A stretch of 64,000 bases of DNA from an uncultured Chloroflexia bacterium (GTDB lineage: Bacteria; Chloroflexota; Limnocylindria; Limnocylindrales; CSP1-4). How positions within the stretch are numbered: the stretch's first letter is position 1; every line of letters begins with the position of its first letter. Below are positions 1 through 8,677 of the stretch, one piece after another. The stretch is taken from NCBI GenBank assembly GCA_963813535.1, contig CAWEZH010000001.1, positions 96,001-160,000 on the forward strand, in the 5' to 3' direction. The notes below the pieces were generated by a model. The model did not search any database, was not told the origin of the DNA, and saw only the letters and a list, made by a program, of their open reading frames with translations. A program made the position numbers and the translations under genes.

Positions 1-1171
1 AGCTCCCCCACGAGTAGCACCGATTGCCACCGCTGCCACCGGCCTTGCCGTCGGTGTCGGCGAGGGCCGAGACCGTGATGGCCTGGTTGTAGGCGGCGGG
101 GACGTATCCGGCGGCGCTCCGGCGCTCGTTCGCGGCCGCCGCGACGACCGTGATGCGGGCCGTGTACAGCCGGCAGATGGCCGCGTGGAGGACATCCCTG
201 TTGGATGCGCCGCAGTTCCCGTCATCGGAGCCGGCCTTGGCCACGCTCATGTTGACGGCCTCGATCATCGGTCGCGATGGGTCGTTCGGGTCGCGCTGGG
301 ACAGGATCCAATCGAGTCCGCAGACGTACCAGGACAGCAGGCCGCTGCCGCTCGAGTTGAGGATGCGCACGGCCCACAGGCGGACGCCGGGCGCGACGCC
401 CACGACGCCCCAGGTGTTGTCCTTCGCACCGACCGTGCCCGCGACGTGCGTACCGTGCCCGTTCTCGTCGTACCAGCGGGTCCGATCGGCGGTGCTGCAG
501 TTGTAGCCACCAGCGATGTTCAAGTCGGAGTGCGGCCCGATCCCGGTATCGACGATGGCCACGTCGGCATCGACCCGCTCGTCGAGGCCGTTGATCTTGG
601 CGAGCGCCGAGGTCGTCGCACCGACCCGCGGGACGCCGGTCGGCATCGACTGGGCGGTGATCTCGATGACTTCGTCCGGGACCACGGCGACGACCTTGGG
701 ATCCGCGAGCAATGCAGCCCGTTGCGCCTTGTCGAGCTTGGCCGTGAACCCGCGGAACGCGTTCTTGAACGATCGATCCGCGCGGGTGCCCTCACGCTGG
801 CGGTGCTTGGCCAGGACGGTCGCCGGATCCGTGCCGCCGGCCAGCATCACGATGTACCGACCCGTGGCGATCGGGCGGCCCGCGGAGTCGACGCTCGGCG
901 GGGCCGGTTTGGAGGTCGACGCTGTCGGTGACGGATCAGCGACCGGTGCCGGGAGCGTCGCCTCGGGGGATGTGGTCGGCGTCGGGGTCGTGTCCGGTTC
1001 GGTGGTTGCCTGGGGCGTCGGCTCCGGGGACGGCGTCACCTCGACGCGCGGCGACGGCCCGACCTCGGGCGTCGGCTCGGCGACGGGCGGCGACGGATCG
1101 GCGGCAGCGACCGGCGAGACGATGGGGAGCGAGACCACTGCGGCCAGGGCAAAGGCTGCGAAGCGGCGCAT
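1..1171 (-). CDS. Secreted S8 (subtilisin-like) serine peptidase, 5' part; runs off the left edge of the window
   Basis: Manual translation from ATG 1171 (SD GGAG): signal peptide MRRFAAFALAAVVSLP, Pro/Thr-rich linker, I9-like propeptide, VAIVDTGI (Asp) and HGTHVAGT (His). The catalytic Ser lies outside the window. Absent from the ORF track because there is no stop in the window. Confidence 0.9.
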   Translation of the reverse strand, partial: MRRFAAFALAAVVSLPIVSPVAAADPSPPVAEPTPEVGPSPRVEVTPSPEPTPQATTEPDTTPTPTTSPEATLPAPVADPSPTASTSKPAPPSVDSAGRPIATGRYIVMLAGGTDPATVLAKHRQREGTRADRSFKNAFRGFTAKLDKAQRAALLADPKVVAVVPDEVIEITAQSMPTGVPRVGATTSALAKINGLDERVDADVAIVDTGIGPHSDLNIAGGYNCSTADRTRWYDENGHGTHVAGTVGAKDNTWGVVGVAPGVRLWAVRILNSSGSGLLSWYVCGLDWILSQRDPNDPSRPMIEAVNMSVAKAGSDDGNCGASNRDVLHAAICRLYTARITVVAAAANERRSAAGYVPAAYNQAITVSALADTDGKAGGSGGNRCYSWGS

Positions 1172-1340
1172 GGATTCTCCGGCTCGATGCGTCCTCGGAC
1201 GAGCCGACCGCCCGTTTCCGAACGCGCGCCTGACTCGCTTACATCATCCCGCACCTGCCAACCCACGCGTAGCGCCCGGTGGTCCGGGTCACCCCTAGGC
1301 ATCCCGTCCCAACCGCACCGCACCAGGCGAGCGCCTGGGA

Positions 1341-2591
1341 CTAGTTCGCCGCCGTCCGGATCTCGGCTTCCGCCTCGCCGACTCGAGCGAGGATCGTGGC
1401 CCGCATCTCATCGAGACCGACCGATACGGTCTTGGTCGCATTCGAGATCGACGTGAGCTGCGACTTCAGCTGCCGCACCGCCTCGAGCTGTTCCCGGATA
1501 GCGGTGAGCGCCGTCGCGATCGCCGCAGCATCGACCGTCATGTCGCGCTCGGCCAGCGACGCAAGGGCCAGCAGCCGAGCCAGGCGGATGGCGGCCTCGA
1601 GCGTCGCCGGCTCGGGCGCCTCCGGATCGATGACGCAGTACACGTCGCCACCGACCAATGTGAACGGCGCGACCCCACTCGGGGCATGCGCCGGCGTGAA
1701 GACGGCGACCGCCACGGCCGCACCGCGGTTCTCCCGGGCCTCGCGCAGCTCGTCGCGCATGGCGCGCATCGACATCGGCCGGTCTTTTGCCTCGATCACG
1801 ACCCGCAGGTCGCAGCCGCGCGCGACGTTCGCGTCGATCGTCAGGACGAAGTCGCCCTTCTTCGAGCGCATGACCGCGCCCGCCCCGAGCGTCGTGCGGT
1901 CGAGCAGGTCGCCCGAGCCGCGGGCGATGTCACCGAGCAGCTCGGCGAGCAGGTCCTCGAAGTCGATGCCCTTCGCCGCGGACCGGGCGCGCTCGGCTCC
2001 CCGGGCGGCGGCCGCGGCCTCGATCGCGATGAGCCGCTCCTCGATGCCCTTGAACCCGGCGGTGATCTCCTGCCGGAACTGGTGCATCGGCGAATTGAGT
2101 CGCGTGGGGTCGAGCAGCAAGGCGAGCTTCGATGCGTCGCCGTCGAAGTAGCGCTCGAGCATCGACCCGATGCGCCCGATCGCGCTGTCCCGCTTCTTCT
2201 CGTCGAACAGCTCGTCGACCATCGACCGCAGCGCGCCCCGATCGCCGAGGAACCGTTCGAGCGTCCGCGGCAGCCGGCCGTCGCCATCGGCGAAGTTGGC
2301 GCGCAGCGTCTGCTCGAGCGCGGTCGCGGCGCGCTCGTTGGCCTGCTCGGCCTGCCGCATCATCCGCTCGAACTCCGAACGGACCGCATCGACGTTGACG
2401 GTCACGCCGGCATCCTGGAGGGCGATGAGCCCGATGCGCAGCGCGCGCTCGGCGAGCGGGCCGCGATCCGGTGCCGGTCGTTCCCCGAGGAACGCGGCAA
2501 GCGTCGGGTCCGAGATCGACAGGCCTTCGATCACGATGCGGTCGCCCTCGAGCCTGACCATCGGGTGCAGTGGGATGACGTGTGCTTCCAT
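1341..2591 (-). CDS. Coiled-coil protein with a PD-(D/E)xK-like nuclease motif (DUF2130/RmuC-like architecture)
   Basis: 416 aa. Helical N- and C-terminal regions flank KGIDFE...KGDFVL...VVIEAKD. Confidence 0.65.
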   Translation of the reverse strand: MEAHVIPLHPMVRLEGDRIVIEGLSISDPTLAAFLGERPAPDRGPLAERALRIGLIALQDAGVTVNVDAVRSEFERMMRQAEQANERAATALEQTLRANFADGDGRLPRTLERFLGDRGALRSMVDELFDEKKRDSAIGRIGSMLERYFDGDASKLALLLDPTRLNSPMHQFRQEITAGFKGIEERLIAIEAAAAARGAERARSAAKGIDFEDLLAELLGDIARGSGDLLDRTTLGAGAVMRSKKGDFVLTIDANVARGCDLRVVIEAKDRPMSMRAMRDELREARENRGAAVAVAVFTPAHAPSGVAPFTLVGGDVYCVIDPEAPEPATLEAAIRLARLLALASLAERDMTVDAAAIATALTAIREQLEAVRQLKSQLTSISNATKTVSVGLDEMRATILARVGEAEAEIRTAAN

Positions 2592-2597
2592 GCACCG

Positions 2598-2634
2598 ACC
2601 GTAGGACCCACCCGTGACAACTAGGTTGTCACGG
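2598..2634. promoter_or_regulatory. Divergent promoter region: minus-strand TTGTC-N12-TACGGT promoter and a perfect 10-bp inverted repeat
   Basis: CCGTGACAAC-tag-GTTGTCACGG at 2612-2634. The minus-strand -10 TACGGT (2598-2603) lies 6 nt before ATG 2591. Confidence 0.6.
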
Positions 2635-2665
2635 CTTCGTCGCGGTCCGCGTACGATGGCGCCTG

Positions 2666-4654
2666 ATGCGTCGAACCCGTCACGCGTTCCTGCTCATGGT
2701 CGCGCTCGCGACGGGCCTCCTCGCTCCGACGGGGGCCCTTGCTGCTGACCCGCCCGTCCCCGTCGGTGCCCAGGACGAGATCCTCGTCCGGTACCGGCCG
2801 GATACGACGTCGGCCGAACGCCGCGCGGTCGCACGCGAGCACGACCTCAGCCAGGTCTCATCGAGCCGGACCGGTCGGACTGCGGTCGTTCGCGGCAAGG
2901 GCGTGTCCCCGGCGACCGTCCGCCGCTTGCTCGCCGCGGACCCGCGCGTCGTGGCCGTCGGCCGCAACTACCGGCGCGAGCTCCAGGCCGATCCGACCGA
3001 CCCGGGTTTCAGATATGAGTGGGGTCTCCACAACACGGGCCAGCGGATCGATGGCATCGAGGACGTCTCCGGCGTCTCCGATATCGACATCGATGGCCTC
3101 GAGGCGCTGCGCGTCGAGCACGGCAGCTCGGACATCGTGGTCGCCGTCATCGACGACGGTGTCGACTTCACCCATCCCGACCTCGCCGCCCGCGCGTGGG
3201 ACAACCCCGGTGAGACGCCTGGCGATAGCACGGACAACGACGGCAATGGCTTCGTCGACGACGTGCACGGCTGGGACTTCTGCCACGACGACGCCTCGCT
3301 CCACGACGCCAACAAGGACGGCCACGGGACGCATGTCGCCGGCACGATCGGCGCGACCATCAACGGCGATGGCGTCGTCGGCGTGGCGCCCGGCGTCACG
3401 ATCATGGGCATCAAGTTCATCGAGGAGGGCAACGACAACTGCGGCCTGGACAGCCAGGCCATCGACGCCATCGAGTACGCCGCTGACGAGGGAGCGACGC
3501 TCATCAATGCCTCGTGGGGTGGGACCGGCCTGAACCCGGTGCTCGACATGACGATCGCGGACTCCGGCCTCCTGTTCGTGGCAGCTTCCGGCAACGCCGG
3601 CCGCGACCTGGACGCCCCGCATGTCGACTTCTACCCCGCCGAGTCGAACGCACCGAACGTCCTAAGCGTCGGTGCGATCGACCAGAACGGCGAACTGGCG
3701 GAGTTCACCAACTACGGGGCGACCGCGGTCGACCTGATGGCCCCGGGCACGAACATCCTCTCGACGTATCCACCGATCGCCGGATGTCCGGCGCCGTGCT
3801 ACGTCTGGAGTGCCGGTACGTCGATGGCCGCTCCCCACGTGACCGGCATCGCGGCCCTTGTGCTGAGCAGGATGAGCACGCCTCCGACCGCGGCCGCGCT
3901 GCGATCCTTCGTCCTGACCCGTGCCCTCCCCCTCGCGCAGGCAGGTTGTTACAGCTCGACGGGCCGGCTCGCCAACGCGCTGCGGGCCGTGACCTCGGCC
4001 GGACCGACCGCCATCCCGCCCTGCACGTGGAAGTTCGACGTCGGCTCTGCGGTCGGCAGCAGCATCAGCGCGACGCTGTCGTGGCCGGCCGCGACCGGCA
4101 ACCTCAGCGGTGTGTCGTATTCGGTGCTGCGCCGGCGGGAAGGCGGGTCGTGGACCACGATCGCGACACAGACGTCGCGGTCGATCAGGCAGTCGCTCAG
4201 CCTCGGAACGGCATACCGGTACGCGCTCAGGACAAGGTCGTCGAACGGGTCGCTGGGGCCGACCGCCTACGCGCAATACGTGGAACCCGCCCTTTTCCAG
4301 GAAGCCACGAGCCTCGCTCGCTACTCGGGTCGCTGGACCACCACGACCTCGAGCTCGGCATCAGGCGGCAAGCTGCGCTGGTCGACCCAGGCCGGCGCGT
4401 GGGTCGAGTTCCGCCGCGCTGCGAGCGCGATCGCCATCGTCGGCCGCAAGAGTCCGACGAGCGGCAAGGCACGGATCTTCGTCGATGGCACGCTCGTCTC
4501 GACGATCGACCTCTACCGCTCCTCGGCGCAATCGAGGGTCGTGCTCTTCAGCCGGTCCTGGACGACCATCGCCGCGCACACGGTCCGCGTCGAGGTGGTC
4601 GGCACCTCCGGCCGTCCACGGGTCGACGTGGACGGGTTCGCCGTCTTCCGCTAG
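2666..4654 (+). CDS. Secreted S8 family serine peptidase with C-terminal beta-sandwich (FnIII-like) domains
   Basis: Signal peptide; complete triad VIDDG, HGTHVAG, GTSMAAPHV; -10 TACGAT 8 nt before the ATG. Confidence 0.93.
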   Translation: MRRTRHAFLLMVALATGLLAPTGALAADPPVPVGAQDEILVRYRPDTTSAERRAVAREHDLSQVSSSRTGRTAVVRGKGVSPATVRRLLAADPRVVAVGRNYRRELQADPTDPGFRYEWGLHNTGQRIDGIEDVSGVSDIDIDGLEALRVEHGSSDIVVAVIDDGVDFTHPDLAARAWDNPGETPGDSTDNDGNGFVDDVHGWDFCHDDASLHDANKDGHGTHVAGTIGATINGDGVVGVAPGVTIMGIKFIEEGNDNCGLDSQAIDAIEYAADEGATLINASWGGTGLNPVLDMTIADSGLLFVAASGNAGRDLDAPHVDFYPAESNAPNVLSVGAIDQNGELAEFTNYGATAVDLMAPGTNILSTYPPIAGCPAPCYVWSAGTSMAAPHVTGIAALVLSRMSTPPTAAALRSFVLTRALPLAQAGCYSSTGRLANALRAVTSAGPTAIPPCTWKFDVGSAVGSSISATLSWPAATGNLSGVSYSVLRRREGGSWTTIATQTSRSIRQSLSLGTAYRYALRTRSSNGSLGPTAYAQYVEPALFQEATSLARYSGRWTTTTSSSASGGKLRWSTQAGAWVEFRRAASAIAIVGRKSPTSGKARIFVDGTLVSTIDLYRSSAQSRVVLFSRSWTTIAAHTVRVEVVGTSGRPRVDVDGFAVFR

Positions 4655-4661
4655 CCCGAGG

Positions 4662-5021
4662 TCAGGAACCCCGGTACGTCGTCATCGAGTACGACGCGAG
4701 CAGCAACGGGACGTGGTAGCTCCGCTCGATGTCGGTGATCCGCATGTCGACCGCCACCTTCGTGAAGAACGAGCCGTCCTCGTGCGCCACGTCGAATTCG
4801 ATCCGGTAGTCGCCGACCTGCAGCGGTCGCTCGAGGAGATCGCGGACTCGGCCGTCGGCGTCGGTCAGTGCCTGCGTCATCCGGATCGGTCCCTGGTCGC
4901 CGATGTCGGTTCGGTAGAGCGCGACGCGGACACCGGCCGCAGGCACCCCCCGTTCCGTGTCGAGGACATGCGTGCTGATCGTCGGGCGTTGCTCCTGCGG
5001 CGTTCCGGGCTCGGCGGTCAC
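4662..5021 (-). CDS. uraH: 5-hydroxyisourate hydrolase (transthyretin-like)
   Basis: ISTHVLD, GRV, YHVPLLL and C-terminal YRGS signature. GTG 5021 is preceded by GGAGG. Confidence 0.95.
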   Translation of the reverse strand: MTAEPGTPQEQRPTISTHVLDTERGVPAAGVRVALYRTDIGDQGPIRMTQALTDADGRVRDLLERPLQVGDYRIEFDVAHEDGSFFTKVAVDMRITDIERSYHVPLLLASYSMTTYRGS

Positions 5022-5035
5022 GCTATCCTCCCGGC

Positions 5036-5461
5036 ATGGGGACACTGCGGATCGAAGTCGGTGACCTGCACTTTAGCGCTCGCTGGGAGCCCGATGCTCC
5101 CCAGACGATCGAGGCGATCCGCCGGATGCTGCCGATCGATTCGCGACTGATCCACTGCCGTTGGTCCGGGGAATCGACCTGGATCCCGTACGGCGACTTC
5201 CGTCCGGGCATCGACTACGAGAACCACACCTCACACCCGTCCCCGGGCATGCTCGCCATGTACCCGGGCGGCATCAGCGAGTGCGAGATCTTCTTCCCGT
5301 ACGGCGCGTGCACGACGTCCTCGAAGGTCGGCCAGCTGGCGGCCAATCACTTCGCCACGATCATCCCTGACGACGACTGGCAGGATCGACTGCGGGAAGT
5401 CGGGCGCAGGGCACTCTGGGACGGCGCCCAACCGATCCGGATCAGCGAATCGGAGGCCTGA
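5036..5461 (+). CDS. DUF3830-family protein (cyclophilin-like fold)
   Basis: APQT...HCRWSGE...ENHTSHPSPG...YPGGISECEIFFPYG...GQLAANHF matches my recollection of DUF3830. Confidence 0.8.
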   Translation: MGTLRIEVGDLHFSARWEPDAPQTIEAIRRMLPIDSRLIHCRWSGESTWIPYGDFRPGIDYENHTSHPSPGMLAMYPGGISECEIFFPYGACTTSSKVGQLAANHFATIIPDDDWQDRLREVGRRALWDGAQPIRISESEA

Positions 5462-5559
5462 TGCAACTCGATGACAGGCCTGGGGATGCGCCGGCCGGGG
5501 ATGGCGGCTCAGGAGACGGCGGAGGCGGCGGCGGGGGTGACGGCGGCGGCGGCGGTTGA
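5461..5559 (+). CDS. Putative 32-aa Gly/Asp-rich small protein
   Basis: MQLDDRPGDAPAGDGGSGDGGGGGGGDGGGGG. GGAGG SD, TGATG overlap with the upstream stop and TTGA overlap with the downstream start. Confidence 0.45.
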   Translation: MQLDDRPGDAPAGDGGSGDGGGGGGGDGGGGG

Positions 5560-6959
5560 CCGACCTCCTCATTCGCGGCGGTACGGTCGTGACCGCCGGC
5601 GGATCGCGAACAGCTGACCTGTCGGCCGACGGCGGTCGCATCACCGCCATCGAGCCATCCCTCGAGGGTCCGGCGGTGGAGGCCGACCGCGTGATCGATG
5701 CGACCGGGATGCTGGTGCTCCCCGGTGTCGTCGACGTCCACACGCATACCCGCGTCGCGAGCGACCAGGAGCCCGATCGCTTCTTCCAGGATTCAGTCGC
5801 TGCCGCGTACGGCGGGACGACGTCGTTCCTCTCGTTCAACAACCCCGGCACGGGATCATCGCCGGCGGCCGAACGCTCGCTCCTCACCGGCCTCACCGAA
5901 TGGCGCGCGGCGACGGATGCCGACAGCGCCATCGACTACGGTCTCTCGCTTGCCATCTCCGGCCATGCCGACGACCCGCTGGACGAGCTTCCGGCCACCA
6001 TCGACGCCGGTGTCGCCACCTCCAAGGCCTTCATGGTGTTCGACTTCCGCCTGCCCGACCAGCAGCTCTTCGATGCGATGCACGTGATGGCGGAGCGCGG
6101 CGGGATGCTGCAGGTGCACTGCGAGGATCCCATCCTCCTGGATGCCGCCGTCGCGTCGGCACTGCGGCGCGGAGACACGCTGCCACGTCACCACGCTACA
6201 TCGCGTCCGCCGTACGTCGAGGCTGTCGCGACGGCTCGGGCGCTCGCGTTCGCCCGTGCCACGGACTCGCCAGTACACGTCGTCCACCTGTCGTCGGCAG
6301 CGGCACTCGACGAGGTCAGGCGCGCCCGGGCCGCGGGCGTTCGGGTGACGGCGGAGACCTGTCCCCACTACCTCGTGCTGACCGAGGAGCGGTACGAGGA
6401 GCCCGACCCGGTGCGCTGTGCGTGCTACCTCATCTCGCCGCCGTTGCGCTCGGCGGCCGACCGCGACGCGCTGTGGGTGGGCCTGGCCGACGGTTCGCTC
6501 GATCTCGTGGCGACCGACCATGTCCCGGATCGCGTCGGCGTCGAGAAGGCCGAGGCTGGCGCCGGCGTCGCCTTCGACCGGATCAGCAACGGCGCACCCG
6601 GCATCGAGACGCTGCTGACACTCGTATACAGCGAGGGCGTCGCCCGCGGCCGGCTGACCGTGGAGCGGATGGTCGACCTGCTGTCGACCACGCCTGCCGC
6701 CCGCTTCGGCTTACCTCGCAAGGGTGCCCTGGAGGTCGGCCGCGACGCCGACATCGTGGTCTTCGACCCGTCAGCGCATCGCACGATCCGGGCCACCGAC
6801 CTCCACCACACCAGCGACTACACCCCCTACGAGGGGCTCGAGGTCACCGGTGCCGTCCGGGACGTGTTCGTCCGCGGGGACCCTGTCGTCACCGACGGCG
6901 CTTTCGTCGGTCGACGCGGGTTCGGGCGGTTCATCGAGCGAGGGCCGATCGGAGCCTAG
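5556..6959 (+). CDS. Cyclic amidohydrolase (dihydropyrimidinase/hydantoinase/allantoinase family)
   Basis: PGVVDVHTH, GGTT, Lys in SKAFM, HCED, HVVH, ETCPHYL, ATDH, DADIVVFDP. Confidence 0.9.
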   Translation: MTDLLIRGGTVVTAGGSRTADLSADGGRITAIEPSLEGPAVEADRVIDATGMLVLPGVVDVHTHTRVASDQEPDRFFQDSVAAAYGGTTSFLSFNNPGTGSSPAAERSLLTGLTEWRAATDADSAIDYGLSLAISGHADDPLDELPATIDAGVATSKAFMVFDFRLPDQQLFDAMHVMAERGGMLQVHCEDPILLDAAVASALRRGDTLPRHHATSRPPYVEAVATARALAFARATDSPVHVVHLSSAAALDEVRRARAAGVRVTAETCPHYLVLTEERYEEPDPVRCACYLISPPLRSAADRDALWVGLADGSLDLVATDHVPDRVGVEKAEAGAGVAFDRISNGAPGIETLLTLVYSEGVARGRLTVERMVDLLSTTPAARFGLPRKGALEVGRDADIVVFDPSAHRTIRATDLHHTSDYTPYEGLEVTGAVRDVFVRGDPVVTDGAFVGRRGFGRFIERGPIGA

Positions 6960-7509
6960 GGACGGCACTTCCACCGAGCATCACGTCGAGGCCCAACAGG
7001 ATCCAGCCGATCCCGTTGAGTGCGACCCCGATCAGCGAGATCGGGCCGAAGATCGTCGGGTTCGCGGGCGAGGTCAGCTCAAGATGGCTCATCCCGAGGA
7101 TCGCGAGCAGCGAGCCGACGCCGAGCGCGAGCGCTCCCCATCTGGTGACGGCCCCAAGTCGGAGGGTCACGAACCCGAACGCTGCGTCCGCGAGCCACAT
7201 CGCGAGCCCGGCGTAGAACATGACCAGCCGGAACTCGGGATCCGGGTCGGGTGCGACCGGCCGGCCGGTCGACAGCAGGATCATCACGAGGTACCAGCCG
7301 TTCGCGGCGATCGCCGCCGCGGCGACGAGAGACGACAGTCGCATCCCTGACGACGCCTGCCGTCGATGGACCGCGACAACCACGGCGATGGCACCGATGT
7401 TGAAGAGGACCAGGCGCAACGTGGAGACTCCGTCGGGGATGCCGATCACGAATGCGGACAGCAGGAACGTGCCACCGACGATGCCGGCTGCCCCAAGCAG
7501 GCGGCTCAT
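6931..7509 (-). CDS. Multi-pass membrane protein
   Basis: About 6 hydrophobic segments; ATGA-coupled to the upstream gene. Confidence 0.75.
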   Translation of the reverse strand: MSRLLGAAGIVGGTFLLSAFVIGIPDGVSTLRLVLFNIGAIAVVVAVHRRQASSGMRLSSLVAAAAIAANGWYLVMILLSTGRPVAPDPDPEFRLVMFYAGLAMWLADAAFGFVTLRLGAVTRWGALALGVGSLLAILGMSHLELTSPANPTIFGPISLIGVALNGIGWILLGLDVMLGGSAVPRLRSALAR

Positions 7510-8285
7510 GTCGGACTGGCCATGGCCGACGGACGGTCGAGCCGGACGGCCGCGATCCCGAGGACGATCCAGCCAGCGAGGAAGCAGGCGATGGCGCCAA
7601 GCATCAGGACCCCACCGACATCCCAGGCGACTGTGAACGTGGCCACCCAGGCGACTGCGCCCAACGCCGGACCGACGGCCAGCAGGACGGCTCCCGTCCG
7701 TGACAGAACGCCCGAGCGGAACGTGGCGAGGCCGAAGAGGGCGAACCCGATGATGGCGGCGACGCCGCCGAGCGCATAGGCCATGGCCGCGAAGGCCTGG
7801 CCCTCCACGGTCACGTCGCCCTCGTTCACGGCGATGAGCGCGATCATCCCGATCGTGTACGCGATCGCGCCGACGGCAGCAAAGGCGAATGCCGTCCAGA
7901 CGAGGCGCGGCAACGCTCGAGCCTGGAACGCGCTCAGGATGGTGAGAGCTATGAGGAGGGCTGCGAGCCCGACGAAGATCAAGGCGACGAGGGCACGGCC
8001 GTCCAGTGGTAGGGCCCCGAAGACGGTACTGAACCAGGAGACCCCGAGGATCACGGCCCCGAGGATGGCGGCGATGCCGCCGACACGAAGCGACATGGGA
8101 AGTCCCCTTCCTTTCGAGGGTGAGGCGCCGGGCCGGCGCGACCGGAGTCGCGCATCGAGCGCGCCGAGGAGGATGTCCGCCACGTCGTACGGTCCGAGCG
8201 GGCGCTCCTCGAGGATCGCCAGGAACTCGTCGCCGTAGCGCTCCCGCCAGCGGGCGGGATAGCAGCGGACCAGGATGGTTCTCAT
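7506..8285 (-). CDS. PadR-associated membrane protein
   Basis: N-terminal YPARWRERYGDEF motif, typical of genes following padR, then about 6 TM helices. Confidence 0.8.
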   Translation of the reverse strand: MRTILVRCYPARWRERYGDEFLAILEERPLGPYDVADILLGALDARLRSRRPGASPSKGRGLPMSLRVGGIAAILGAVILGVSWFSTVFGALPLDGRALVALIFVGLAALLIALTILSAFQARALPRLVWTAFAFAAVGAIAYTIGMIALIAVNEGDVTVEGQAFAAMAYALGGVAAIIGFALFGLATFRSGVLSRTGAVLLAVGPALGAVAWVATFTVAWDVGGVLMLGAIACFLAGWIVLGIAAVRLDRPSAMASPT

Positions 8286-8605
8286 GGCTCGGTGTTGCGG
8301 AGCTGTCGGAGCCCGCGCTGGGCGAACTCGGACAGGCCGTGGAGCTGTTCGGCGAGCATCGTCGCGCCGACCGCGGTCAGGCGGTACGGCCGGCGCCGGT
8401 CGATCGGCGGCAAGGGTTCGACGAAGCCCTGCTCCTCGAGTCGCGCGATGGCCGCGTACAGGGTGCCGGGACCCATCGGCCGGCCGGTCCCAGCCTCGAC
8501 GTCCTGCATGATCGCGTAGCCGTGCTTCGGCCCGTCGCTCAAGCTGACGAGGATGAGCAGTGACGGTTCGGTGAACCGTCCGAACTCAGGGGTCGTGGTA
8601 GACAT
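8282..8605 (-). CDS. PadR family transcriptional regulator
   Basis: LILVSL.DGPKHGYAI...GPGTLY..IARLEEQGFV...RRPYRLT. Confidence 0.93.
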   Translation of the reverse strand: MSTTTPEFGRFTEPSLLILVSLSDGPKHGYAIMQDVEAGTGRPMGPGTLYAAIARLEEQGFVEPLPPIDRRRPYRLTAVGATMLAEQLHGLSEFAQRGLRQLRNTEP

Positions 8606-8629
8606 CGCTCTCCGCTCTTACGACTGTCG

Positions 8630-8674
8630 ATATATCGGTAGGCGATATATACGACTATCGCGGGGTACTGTCAA
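8630..8674 (-). promoter_or_regulatory. padR promoter and probable operator
   Basis: AT-rich perfect inverted repeat ATATATCG-N5-CGATATAT (8630-8650) overlapping the -10 position; TTGACA on the minus strand at 8669-8674. Confidence 0.7.
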
Positions 8675-8677
8675 CCC

